Source: Euprymna scolopes (Eukaryota). From it: a stretch of DNA of 64,000 nt. The stretch is from assembly GCA_053919585.1 (NCBI GenBank), contig CM132804.1; one strand, 5' to 3'. Positions 28,614-41,618 of the stretch are shown here, in pieces. The notes under the pieces were generated by a model. That model was not told where the DNA came from. It saw only the letters and a program-made list of their open reading frames with translations, and did not search any database. A program made the position numbers and the translations under genes. Numbering within the stretch: position 1 is the first letter of the stretch; every line of letters begins with the position of its first letter.

Positions 28614-28899
28614 GTAATCGTGACACTTTGCACTGATTATTCTCGAAAGGATGAAACACTAGTGCCTGTAGATATTTTTAAAAAGTTATTATNNNNNNNN
28701 NNNNNNNNNNNNNNNNNNNNNNNNNNNNNNNNNNNNNNNNNNNNNNNNNNNNNNNNNNNNNNNNNNNNNNNNNNNNNNNNNNNNNNNNNNNNNNNNNNNN
28801 NNNNNNNNNNNNNNNNNNNNNNNNNNNNNNNNNNNNNNNNNNNNNNNNNNNNNNNNNNNNNNNNNNNNNNACGTTTATATTTCCTTCCCTAAGACTAAA

Positions 28900-28962
<63 letters not shown>

Positions 28963-29307
28963 TATAAATAACTGCACAAAACCGCAAACTTAAATATACT
29001 NNNNNNNNNNNNNNNNNNNNNNNNNNNNNNNNNNNNNNNNNNNNNNNNNNNNNNNNNNNNNNNNNNNNNNNNNNNNNNNNNNNNNNNNNNNNNNNNNNNN
29101 NNNNNNNNNNNNNNNNNNNNNNNNNNNNNNNNNNNNNNNNNNNNNNNNNNNNNNNNNNNNNAAGTATTCATAATTTTTCCAAATAAATCTCCCAAAATCA
29201 CAAAAACCGTCGATTTTTTTAAAGCCATTCTGAATTTAACCGACTATAAATAAACCTTAATTAATTTGCTTTGATTTGTGCCTGTATGTTTCATATCCCC
29301 TTTGTAG

Positions 29308-32300
29308 CAAGTGGTTGAGCCATGTTCAAGAGACGGCTAATGAGGAATCACAGCCGGCCATGAATTTTGCCCCAGTTGAGGCCAGTCATTTTCGAAGTAA
29401 CTCACGTCAGTCGGCACCCGTAGCAAAGCCACCAACCGTTCAGCCTATACCATCAAAGGGCTCCGGGCCAACCACCCGTAATCTCCCTTTTACTCCAGTT
29501 TCGTTTAAGCCTAAGGAAATACCCATTCCAAAAGTGCTTCAAGTTATGCCACCACCAGTAAATATCCCCGTATTATCCCAGACAGAATTCCAACCCCCAC
29601 TACCAAGACCCAACTATGCCCAACCACCAAGATCCTTCTCTCCCCAACCACCAAGACCTTTATCTCCCCAAAGACCTTTCTCTCCCCAACCAAAAGCTCA
29701 GGTTCATCCTTCTGGTTTCGTAAACAAGCAATGGTCCCCTGTAGAATCCCCCAAATTTAATTTCTTGAAATCAAAAGTCCCGCACCCTGCCCCAGCACCA
29801 AGACGTGAAGCACCCCCGGCACCAGAACCAGAACCCGAGCCTGCTTATCGGCCTTGGGGGTCAGTAACCGCCGTACCACCACCATCTCTAAAGCTAGCAA
29901 AAGAACCTGAACCTGCGCCAAGCAATGTAAGAACGCCTGACGCAGACCGTGATCGAGTCTTTCAAGAACTTACATCAGCATTACAATGTTCCAAAACTTT
30001 TCCACGTGGTTCTTATGCGGCTAAGGAAAAACTGGGAGGTGGTGGTTCATTTTCACCTGCTGTCGCTCCTATGAGCCCTAGAGTCTCACGTACCATCCCA
30101 GCATACACAACTCCTACATATGCTCGTGTCACCCCACAAGCACCTGCACCTGTTGCGCCTGTCCCACCTGTTCAACCTGTACACCAGGCAATGCCACCAC
30201 CACAAATTACAGGATATTCCCATGTAAGCGCTCCTGGTTCTCAACCTAATTATTATGCGCAGTCACAAACTCCTGCGCCTGTCCCTGTCCGCTCAGCAAC
30301 TGTCTTATCCCCTGCCCATGTCAGTTCTCCAACGAAAACTTTTAAATTTGGACATGTAAGCCCACCAGTTGCTACCTATCAAACTCCAGTGTCTTACACG
30401 CAAGCAGAACAGGAAACAGATCAAGATGCAGAAGACGAATATGTATCTGCATCCGAACTAGAACCAGAATATTATATTGCACCAAAACCTAAAGCAAAAA
30501 CTTCTGAAACCAAACCAGTTTCTGCACCAAAACTGATATTTTCAGCTCAAGCAATACCTGCACGAAAACCAGTTTCAGCACCAGAAACAATTCCTGGGTC
30601 AGAAGTCTTTTTTGTGCCAAAACGGGTTTCTGAACCAGAACCTGTTATTTTATCAGAACCAGTTTATCAACGAAAACCGGTTTATGAACCCGAGCCGGTT
30701 TCTCAGCCAGAGCCGGTTTCTCAGCCAAAGCCGGTTTCTCAACCAGAACCAGTGTCTCAACCTGAGCCGATGTCTAAACCTGAGCAGACGTCTCAATCTG
30801 AGCCATTGGCTGAACCAGAATCAGTTTCTGAGCCCAAACCAGTTTCTGTAATAGAAATGGTTTCTGAGGTAAAACCAGATTTGGAGCCAGAGCCTGTTTC
30901 TGTTCCTGAACCAGCTTCTGAACCAGAACCAGTAACCGTTCCTCAATCTGAAACTGTTTCTGAACCAGAACCAAAATCTGAATCCACCTCTGTCGCAGAA
31001 CAGGAAGTTGAATCTCATCCAACCCCAGAAGAAAAAGTGGAACCATCAAGTACAGAAACTAAAACTGTTTCTGTACAAGAAGAAAAAGCTGAACCGGATT
31101 CTGTACCAAAACCAGAAGCAGAATCTGCTCCTGAACATGAATTGAAATCTGGACCGATTTCAGCATCAGAGGTAGAAATGGAATCAACCCCCATACAAGA
31201 AGTGGTTCCTGAACAAGAAACTGAAAAAGAATCAGTTCCTGTAACAGAATCGGTCTCTGAATCAGAACCAGTAGCTGCTATTGTACCTAAAACGGAAACA
31301 GAACTTGTCCCTGTGTCAAAACCAGAGGCAGAATCCGTTTCTGTATCAGAACCAGAACCCGCATCAGTAGTAGAACCAGAATCCGCGTCTGCACCAGAAG
31401 CAGAACCCATCCCTGTAGCAGAACTGGAATCTGTGCCAATCACAGAAGCGGAACATGTTCCTGTACCAGAAACAGAACACGTGTCTGTGCCAGAAGCAGA
31501 ACAAGTGTCAGTGCCAGAAGCAGAACAAGTTTCTGTGTCAGAAGCAGAACAAGTGTCTGTGCCAGAAGTAGAACAGGTGTCTGTGCCAGAAGCAGAACAG
31601 GTGTCTGTGCCAGAAGTAGAACAGGTGTCTGTGCCAGAAGCAGAACAGGTATATGTGCCAGAAGCAGAACAAGTTTCTGTGTCAGAAGCAGAACAAGTTT
31701 CTGGATCAACAACAGAAACCGTTACTGTATCAGAATCGGAAACTGTTACTGCATCAGAATCAGAAACTGTTACTGTATCAGAATCGGAAACCGTTACTGT
31801 ATCAGAATCAGAAACCATTACTGTATCAGAATCAGAAACTGTTTCAATATCTACCTCAGGAGAAGCTGTTTCTCTGCCCGATGCAGAATCAATTTCTGTG
31901 ACACTTGCAGAACAGGTTTCTGTTTCAGAGTCGAATGCAGAAGCTGCTTTAACACTGCAAGTGGAAACGGAAACTGCAGATTCCCAAACGGAATCAGAAC
32001 ACGTGTTAGTTATCGAGCAAACAGATTCTGGTCCCCAGCCCGAGTCCCAATCTGAATCCATTAGTGAATCTTTTAGTGTGACAGAACTTGAACCGATATC
32101 AATTCCCGAGCCGGAGCTGGAAGCCTGTATTGAGTTACAAGCCGATGTAGAGTGCGTTGTTGTTGAGCCAGAGGCCTCCAATTTACAGACGTCACCGGAA
32201 ACTGCCGCACCTGCTGCTGATAATGAAACAGATTCTGCTACAATTGTGGAGACCCTTCCGGAGGGCACGACCACTCAGTTAACTTCCAATGTTGAGGAGA

Positions 32301-32310
32301 GCGATTCCAG
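29308..32310 (+). CDS. 3003-nt coding exon: Pro-rich segment followed by Glu/Pro/Val/Ser (PEVK-like) tandem repeats
   Basis: Lies within the 1013-aa ORF 29276-32317. Acceptor cccctttgtag|C and donor TCCAG|GTATTA; phase 2-2; coding-like composition. Confidence 0.9.
30686..30850 (+). repeat. Coding 18-bp tandem repeat (EPVSQP)
   Basis: Repeated gagccggtttctcagcca units. Confidence 0.85.
31395..31845 (+). repeat. Coding 24-bp tandem repeats (EAEQVSVP ~10 copies, then ETVTVSES ~5-6 copies)
   Basis: Direct periodicity, e.g. gtgtctgtgccagaagcagaacag and actgttactgtatcagaatcagaa. Confidence 0.9.
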
Positions 32311-32650
32311 GTATTAACTATCAACATAATATTAGTATACATTAATGCANNNNNNNNNNNNNNNNNNNNNNNNNNNNNNNNNNNNNNNNNNNNNNNNNNN
32401 NNNNNNNNNNNNNNNNNNNNNNNNNNNNNNNNNNNNNNNNNNNNNNNNNNNNNNNNNNNNNNNNNNNNNNNNNNNNNNNNNNNNNNNNNNNNNNNNNNAA
32501 CTTAAAATAAATCACGGAAAAATATTTTTTATTATACAAATATGTGGTTTATTCCAAAGATTAATTTGTGCAATTTATAACAGATACTTGCCAAATTTGG
32601 AACTAACTAAAATAGAGTCTTCAATTTAAAATTCGACGCCACTAAAAATC

Positions 32651-32721
<71 letters not shown>

Positions 32722-33199
32722 TTGAAGAAAAATTTATTAATTACAGTGATAAGGTCTAATATATCTATTAAATCAGATATTCGCATAATGGATTTTGTTA
32801 AACATACGGCTTCAGTCCGATATATATACATTACAAGAATTGCCATTCTATTCGTTTAAATGTGCATAAATATTTAGAAAATTCAGGATGTTGTTTCATG
32901 TGTTTTAATAGTTATAGTTTCGTGAATGATCAAATATGATTATTTTCATGAAAATGCCAGTTTCTGTTCGGCCTCATTGTTTGATTGGACGAAACTTGTT
33001 TTCTAATGTCTTTTTGATGATGAAGACCTTACATTTCTTATCCGTTTTTTCTAGGTGTAAAGTAATAATCTGCTTTCTTTTTCATATAATTGTAAAATTA
33101 GATTTTTAACAATGCATTTCATTTCCTTATTGCAAAAGACAATGCTGTTGTTAGCTTTATTTTATTTGAAAGCTTATTTTGTTTCGGAATTTTTAGATG

Positions 33200-33590
33200 A
33201 GGATTGATTATTACGATTTTTCGATTATTCGAATTCTTGTCTTTATCTTGGATGTTATTCTTACAAGTTTTTGGCCAATGTAATCTTCGACCTTCTTCGG
33301 GTATCTCTTGTCAAACCCGGGAGTCTTTGTATCGAATTAGTAAATTCCTTGTGAATTTCGAACGAAACTCTTTAGTTAATCCACTGGCTCGCTTGCTCTT
33401 GTTCTGTCAGCAATAACCGGATTACTTCTAACCAGTCATGACGCGACTAGAGCAAGCTACCTCTACACATAAAATGGAATGCGTACAAATTCACGAGTTG
33501 GGTAGAAAAATTCCCGAGTTTAACAGATTACACCTAAAGACGGCCAGTGGTTACATTAGCTGTATATCCAAGATGAGAACAGTAGTTGTG
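33200..33590. repeat. Inverted pair of Penelope-terminus-like repeats with a decayed hammerhead core
   Basis: 33200-33360(-) and 33487-33590(+) are homologous to each other and to 44015-44380, 49850-50000 and 58970-59050. Confidence 0.6.
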
Positions 33591-34901
33591 CTACATCATT
33601 CTTGTAATTAGTCAGGATTTATAAAATCATTTTTATAAAGGCATATAAACCATTCTGTTAAAAGAAGAATGTCTGCTCAATTCTTGTAATAAAACTACAG
33701 GAAGATTATGTTGCTTCGTCCATACATTGGTAACTATTTATAGACTGACAAGTTTTCATCCTGTTGTTTGACGGTGTATTTATAACGAAACAATTTGATT
33801 GGTTTTTCATGTTGTGCTTTTTAAAACAGAATTTTGAATAGTTGACCATTTTCTGTCAATCTATGTCGACCTATGTGAGTCATTTAATAATGGAAGGTTT
33901 ATTTGGAAGTTTATTTAAACTGTTTTATACGTTGATGTCTTCACATTTCAGTAATTGTAAGCTTAATCTCTCTCTCAAAAGCAATTTGTCGCAGTTTAAA
34001 AAGTCGTTTCGAATTGTTGCTAAGAGTGGATTCCACTCGACTGAACACCAACGCTTCCTTAGCTAGATCGCCGAAAAGGTACGTGACAGACATTTTGTCG
34101 CTTCTTGCTTCAAAGATTCAGCTTGTTTTTCGTTTGTGCTGTTTCGGTTTTGTTTTCGTTTTTGTTAGGTCGTTTCCTTATTATCATGACTGTGTTGTTG
34201 TTTTCTCCAAGTATTTTGAAGCACAGGAAAATGTAGACAAGTAGGAGTTGCTCTCAGATTTTTTAATACATTTCGTAATGTTAATTTGAAAATATTAGAA
34301 AATCAGAAAATGATATGAAATGTTTTATTAAATGATTAAAATCATTTTTCTGATACTCTCGGTGTAATACACTATTTTTTCAAATAAGACTGTTAGTTAT
34401 TTAGATTTCTTTTCCTTTTGTTATCTTCATTTTACTGGTTGGATTAACCTTAAGGGTCGTGAAGATAAAGAGAAAAAAAGAAAAATAAATAACCTTCTTT
34501 GAAAAAGGGGTATTACGCCGAATGTCTTAGAAAAAAATAATATTAATAATTTAATAAAATATTTCATAATATTCTTTTGATTTTCTAATCTCTTTAAATT
34601 AAAATATGGATATTTTGTAGCCTTTCTCGGTATAACATCTTTTTTGTATTCAAATTGTTTTCCGGCGAACATAATTCTGTTTATTTAAAATTTTCGTTTT
34701 CACTTTTTTATTATCCGTTAAAAACAAAGCAGATTTTATTTGCTTAATTATCCAGCTTTTATTTGGTCAAGTGAAATTAAGATATTGATTTTATTTATTT
34801 GAGAAGTTACAGAAGTTACAGACTTGAAATCAATTCTATTGTTATTATCTCGAGTATTCCCAGAATAGGCATCACACACACGTATATAGACACACACACT
34901 C

Positions 34902-34954
<53 letters not shown>

Positions 34955-35189
34955 AAAATGAAGAATTGAAGGATAAAATAAAAATTTAAGTTTATTTGTT
35001 TTATTTGTAACTATACCAAATCTGTTTCATTAACATTTCTTACATTATTTTTGTTAAGTGAATTTTTTTCAAATGAAATCATTTACATTCATTAAAGAAC
35101 AATATCTTTTCCTCAGTTTACGTTTTAATTTAAAATCTGAAACACAATACCGAAATAAACTAGCAATAAAGCATTGTTTTACATTTTGA

Positions 35190-35290
35190 AAATAATAACT
35201 AGTTGACAAAATAAATAGTGATTTAGAGCATAATAAAAATAATAACTAGTTGATAAAATAAATAGTGATTTAGAGCATAATAAAAATAAA
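35190..35290. repeat. 47-bp tandem duplication
   Basis: aataataactagttga(c/t)aaaataaatagtgatttagagcataataaa occurs twice. Confidence 0.85.
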
Positions 35291-37431
35291 TAATGCATTT
35301 AGAACATAATAAAAAAAAACAGAGCTGGACATATTGCACTTCACAAAAAAGTTAAACTTATCGGAAAACGGCAAATTATTGACGAACGAAGCGTCTCAGA
35401 GTGGTAAATTTAAAGAATGCAAACAATCAGGATTGTACAAAAATGCCTATCTTGTGAATACTCGAAATGATCAGAGAAGAAATTAAATACGTTACTTCGT
35501 TTTCGAATATTGAATATGCTTCGTTTGTTAATCGTTATTTATACATTGAGGTTTTAATAAGCAATTTCGGTCACATAGGTCTATAGATTTCAACTTATAG
35601 AATGGCATTCTTTGTAAATATTACGCTCTAAATTAATTGAGCAAATTGAAATCGTCAATGATCAATATTCTAGCAATGGTTGTTTATTATCAACATCTGA
35701 ATTTGATTTTTAAATTATAAATTATCAATTGTTTGAGTAAATATATACATAAGCACACCGTTGAGTTAAAATAGTACGACCGTTTTAAAAGAAGTGAGGC
35801 CCCGCACGCCCCTGAGTCCATCTCATCGTTTCTACTTCCGGCGATCACTACTTGGATTACTATTCTATCACAAACCGTCATTTCCACCTCACTTGACTCC
35901 AAAGTAATATTATTTATTCAGACGATATTATCATTAGTAGTAGTATTAGTAGTGTAGTAGCAGTAGTAACAGTACCCGTGTTTATTGTCCTCGTTATTAA
36001 GCTTCAATTAAATTGTTGCAGATTTATGATTTAAGTATTGCCCTGTGCATACAAATGAGTTCTGCTTAATACATCTGAGTTCGATTTTACCATTAAACTG
36101 TTTAATAAACTGCAATATCTGTTGATAAAATTATTTTATTTTATTTTTTTTTCTTGGACAATCTCGTCTATTTTGACTATTACTTTTTAATAAATAAAAA
36201 AACGTAACAACAATATAAATTTAATCGGAAAATAAATTCAAATACATTGCTGTCTACTTTTATTATAGTTATCTCGCCTAAAGCAAACAAACAAAAAATA
36301 ATTTTAATTTAAGAAAAACAAAAGCAAAAAAAGTTTTTCTCTTTATCTTTCACGCATCATACTGGATTTTCAATACGACAAATAAAGTATTTTTCAGCAA
36401 ACAAACAATGGATATTAAAAATGAGATTATAAAATATATGTAAACTTTATCTAATAAATACATAATTTAACATTTGATAAACTATGAAGATTCAAATTTA
36501 AAAGTTCATAAAAATCTTTTTCAACCAGCAAATTTTCAAAGACTATATTCAGGACATCAGTGAGTTTTATTGGATATCTTACTGGCTTAGCAGGCTGAGA
36601 GCAGGTTCAAGGTGTACCCTTGAATAATGAAAATGGAGAAGACCGGTGTATTTTGATTGCTTGTGCTTCTCTATTTACGGTGTTACGTGACTAGAGTTTG
36701 TTGCAAATCCCGTGACGACTTGCTAGTAGTATAGTATACTTTAAGAATATGCTTATGTTTTTGCTACTGCTAAAATCTTTTTGTAATGAACAACGCACTT
36801 GCTTTCAATATTCTATTAATCTCTTAGTCTTCAATATAGCTTTCATCAAAACTGCCTTATTTACCCCATTTGTATGTGTTCAACATTCAAATGTTAGAAG
36901 TGTTCATAATTATTCGCTTGTTTCTCATTCAAACAATGCACTTGTTGTGAGACAGTGGCAGACAATCCAGCGAGGACAAATGACTGGTCGTAATATTTTA
37001 GCTCATCAGTGCTAATAGAAACATAAAATCATTTTTTATAAAACTATGAAATAAATATTGAAAATTAATTACGAAGTTAAACTTATCTTATTCATCTATT
37101 TTTATNNNNNNNNNNNNNNNNNNNNNNNNNNNNNNNNNNNNNNNNNNNNNNNNNNNNNNNNNNNNNNNNNNNNNNNNNNNNNNNNNNNNNNNNNNNNNNN
37201 NNNNNNNNNNNNNNNNNNNNNNNNNNNNNNNNNNNNNNNNNNNNNNNNNNNNNNNNNNNNNNNNNNNNNNNNNNNNNNNNNNNNNNNNNNNNNNNNNNNN
37301 NNNNNNNNNNNNNNNNNNNNNNNNNNNNNNNNNNNNNNNNNNNNNNNNNNNNNNNNNNNNNNNNNNNNNNNNNNNNNNNNNNNNNNNNNNNNNNNNNNNN
37401 NNNNNNNNNNNNNNNNNNNNNATATATATAG

Positions 37432-37483
<52 letters not shown>

Positions 37484-38184
37484 CATATATATATTACATA
37501 TATATTTTACATATATGACACATTTATATATATATTTTATATATGCATAAATGCAATAATTATATATGTAAATATAAATGCATTTATATGTATAAATTAA
37601 TCATATTTCATGAACACACTCTTACATAACGCTTTCTATGTACTTTGGATGTGTGCGTGTGTGTATGTGTGTGTGTGTGTGTGCGTGATAAAGTATCGTT
37701 AACGAACCGTTAACATAAGACGTGTTCATCAAATATGGCGACGATGTTATTTGCATTTTTACAATTAAATTTTTTATTCGTATTTTTATTTTATTTTATT
37801 TTTTTTTTTTTTTTGACAAATAAAACGTCGTGAAAAATGTCGTGAAAAAAAACAGTAAAAAATGAGGAAACTGATTTGTTTTGTATTGATTGTACGGACA
37901 ATTCTTCTCATCTTGGGCGTTATTGGCACAAAGTTTTGATCGATGAACTCTCCGACCGTTATCAGGCGTAAACTCCATGTTTTTTTTTTCTTCATCTAAG
38001 GAAAAAAGAGTTAGCTCTGTATAGCAAGAAATCGGACTTTGGGTTTGAGGGTGTGTCCGAAAATTATATAAAAAAGGTCAATTTTCAGGGGTCACTAGGG
38101 TACTTTTTAAGACTTTCCTATATTTCAATTTTTAACTGAATCCTTCTGTTAATTGTCACTATTAGTGAAAAAGTATTTTACAAA

Positions 38185-39165
38185 ACCGTGGATAGAAATC
38201 TTACGTGTGTTTTCGTTTTTCCTAAGTTTTCAAACCCTCCATCTTTCTTCAATATCTAGTATTTTAACATCATCCCATATTGGGGAATGGGTGCCTTTTT
38301 TTCTCTACATATATGGTCTGGTAGGGCTAATTTTTCAATTTCTATGATAGCTTTTCGCTGTTCTTCTAGTTTTACTTTGAGGAGGCGGCTTGGTTCCCTT
38401 TGTAGAGTTTTCCACATTTACATTACATCTCATAAACGCAGTTTTTTGTCATGAGTTTTTCGTTTCGGTCGGGGGTTTTACTCGTACAAGATGTTTTCGG
38501 AGAGTTGAGTTGCTCCTGACTACTGTCCTAATATCATACCGACTGCATTTTTTTTTTTAATTTTTCGGGTAGGCTTTTCGAGTATGGTATGCAGACTGTG
38601 GTGGGTTTTATGTGAATTTTATGTTTTTGGTGTTTGGGCTAGATTTTCTGGAGCTGATGTCATGCTCTCTGGGTATTTATTTCAGTGGAGGATTATTCTT
38701 AGATTGGCCATCTCTTTTGATATGCAATGTTGTTATTACATATTGTCCTATTGTAGGCATTGGACTACGTCTTTCTTTACAGCAAATGAATGGTGCGAGT
38801 TAAACTTAAGGTACTGTCCTGTGAAGATTAGCTTTCGATATACGAATGACACAAAACTCTGATCAGTGCGGGTTATCAATACATCCAGAAAAGATAGTTT
38901 GTTGCCATGTTCCTTTTCCATAGTGAGCAGAATGGATGAGTGAATTGAGTTCACATGTTCCAGTAGTACTTGAACGTCCTCATGGTGGGGCCAGAGTATG
39001 AAAGTATTATTCACATATCGTAGCCACATTGTTGGTTTTTGTGGGACTGATCTTATTGCCAGTTCCTCGAAGTGCTCCATATATATGTTGGTTAGCACTG
39101 GCGATAATAGCGATCTCATAGCTAGGCCTTCTTCCTTTTGGTATATAAACGTTGTGCCAATAACA
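38185..39165 (-). mobile_element. Penelope-like retroelement relic: RT C-terminal half, thumb and GIY-YIG endonuclease
   Basis: ORF 38748-39170 contains GLAMRSLLSPVLTNIYME, WLRYVNNTF (decayed YVDD), LSFLDVLI, VYRK and YLKFNSHH. Downstream minus-strand reads KNCVYEM*CKCGKLYKG and WDDVKILDIEERW, typical of the PLE endonuclease. Confidence 0.9.
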
Positions 39166-40314
39166 TCCAAAAATGAGAATTATTGTCTGAACAATCAAAA
39201 CGCTACAAGCATTCATATCTCATCTACAAAATTCAGAACTGAATTGTTTTTAATGGACATTTTATTTTCTCGAATCTTCAATAAACAGAAACGTTTCTAA
39301 TCTTCCGACATTTTTCATTTGCTGTTTTATATAAATATTTGTTTTAAAGTATAGGGTCGGTTTGGGGTGGTGGATATTCATGTTAAATCTGTTTGCACCT
39401 TTTTAGTGCTAATACAAAATTCACCCAATATTTAAAAAATAATAAAATAAACTCCATATGATATACGTACCTGTGACGGTAAGAAAATATCAGTGACGTG
39501 CAGAGAACTTTTTCAGGACAGGTACTCAAGTGAAAAACAAAACGGCAATAATATAGTAATAAACGTGTCTTGGTGGGGCACACGTCTATAATACATTCCT
39601 CTGAAAAGGGCACTTTTAAAACAGAAGTAAAAAAGGCAAGGTTTCTGCACGTCCCTGAAAAATATCATATTCCATAACTGTTTAATTTTTTTATTCATCT
39701 AAAAACTTCAGTGAGATTTTAAAAATCAATATGGCTTTTGTTTTTGTCTTTACTTTTGATTTTTTTTAAACACAAATGTTCTGTTTCAAATGACATCATT
39801 CATACTCAGCGTCTCCGAATAGCAACATTTTTGAAAAATGTAAGTTGTTGTTTTATTATTATTTTATCTCACAACACAATTTAATACATGTTTCTACACA
39901 ACCTCCATCCAATGCTACCCGCCATTTTAATTACCTAACACAACAACCCCGTGCCGCTTCAACGCCAATTTTACCTCAACTATACAACCGCGCGCCGCTT
40001 TCTCTCCATAAGACCGCAAGCGTTTCTTATAATTTCTTTTTTATTATTATTATTATCTAATAAGCGCATATATTGAAAACAATGGAGAGGACCTTCTTCT
40101 CCTCCTTCCCCTCCCGCGATGATTTTTTTTTTCATTTTGATTTTTTTCCTTTTTATGGTGGCTTTGTGTGACGCGTGTAATTGCAATAACAACTTATGCT
40201 TTTAACCAAAACCCTTCAATGTTGAAACGTATCGTCTGATTAAATATTGTTGTATATTCTATGCTGATAACACTATCAAAGCTTTTAGTGTGATGATATT
40301 GAATTGCCCACGTA

Positions 40315-40358
<44 letters not shown>

Positions 40359-40829
40359 CATCATCATCATTTGATTTAAAATGACAAATAAGAGCATTGC
40401 AATTCCTAGACTGAGCCATTTAGAAAATATACTACCGCCATTCTATATTAAGTGACCACATTTGAAAATGCTGAATTGGTCACTTATTGTAGAGGGGAGA
40501 TAGTAAATTTGATGTATATACATATATGAAATACACAATTGTTTCCGCCTGTGCAAATATTAAAGTTTTTTATGCTAAAATCCATCAAATAGAACATAAT
40601 GAATATACTTATAAAATGTTCTTTCTGACAGAAATTAGGTTCTCAATATTTACCATTATTAATAACTTACAAAAATTACATAATTTACAAAAATCATACA
40701 TATATTAACCAAGACAATGTGATATAATGTAATATATGTGCAAGATTTTAATACTACATACAAGAAGCGTAAAATAAAGAATGATTATTTTGATAAATTA
40801 GTATGAAGAAAACGTTAATCAAATATATT

Positions 40830-40896
<67 letters not shown>

Positions 40897-40970
40897 GAGA
40901 ATCTTGATGTTGTGTTGTTCAATTCCATGTGTATATTTTAATAACTGTGTATGTCCTTATATTCGTCCAG

Positions 40971-41618
40971 CCAAAGGCGACGAAGGCCCCAAATTGCGTC
41001 TTTTCTACCGAGTCCTTCAGATATGAAAGCATTTGAGCCGGAGGCTGGTGTGCCACCAAAGACAGCACCAACACCGGCACCTAAACCGGCGCCCAAACCG
41101 GCGACTAAACCCGCACAAAAACCGGTACCTGAATGGAAAGCAAAGACGGCGATGGTACCCGAGTCGGTATCTGAGCCGGAACCTAAACCGGTATCTGAGC
41201 CAGTACCTGAACCGGTATCTGAGGCGATACCGGAACCAGTAACCGAGTCGGTACCTAAACCGATATTCGAGCCAGTTCCTGAGCCTATATCCAAGCCATT
41301 ACATAAGCCGGTATCCGAGTTGGTGCCTGAGCAGATATCCGAGCCAGTAGCTGAGCCGGTATCCAAGCCTTTATCAAAGTCGATACCTGAGCCTGTATCT
41401 GAACCGGCCCCTGTGTATGTTTCCAAAACGAATATACAAGAATCCACCAAGGAACAAGTAATCGTTTCGAAAGAATCTGCTGCACCAGAACGAAAAGTCC
41501 CTAGACGCAGGCGGCGTGACTTGAAGGAAGTGTCTTCTCCGACGCCTGACCAGGTTTCTGCGACTATAACTAAACCCTCGGAATCCGTTCCGAAAACAAT
41601 CGAGAAACCAGTTTCCAG
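40971..41618 (+). CDS. 648-nt coding exon with PAPKP/EPVS repeats and two Arg clusters
   Basis: Lies within ORF 40951-41664. Acceptor attcgtccag|C and donor TCCAG|GTATCT; phase 2-2; in frame with the flanking exons. Confidence 0.88.

Noticed and set aside
31015-32274. 419-aa antisense ORF (also 40938-41681 minus)
   Set aside because: Shadow of repetitive sense-strand coding sequence that lacks antisense stop codons; no independent gene signals.
29276-32317. Standalone single-exon 1013-aa gene or titin orthologue
   Set aside because: The ORF starts at TTG and is bounded by phase-matched splice sites; no Ig or Fn3 domains, so the titin similarity is compositional only.
37690-39700. piggyBac remnant around the Penelope insertion (Cys-rich peptide traces at ~37.85 kb and ~39.5 kb)
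   Set aside because: No convincing TTAA-CCC termini or catalytic motifs; too decayed to call.
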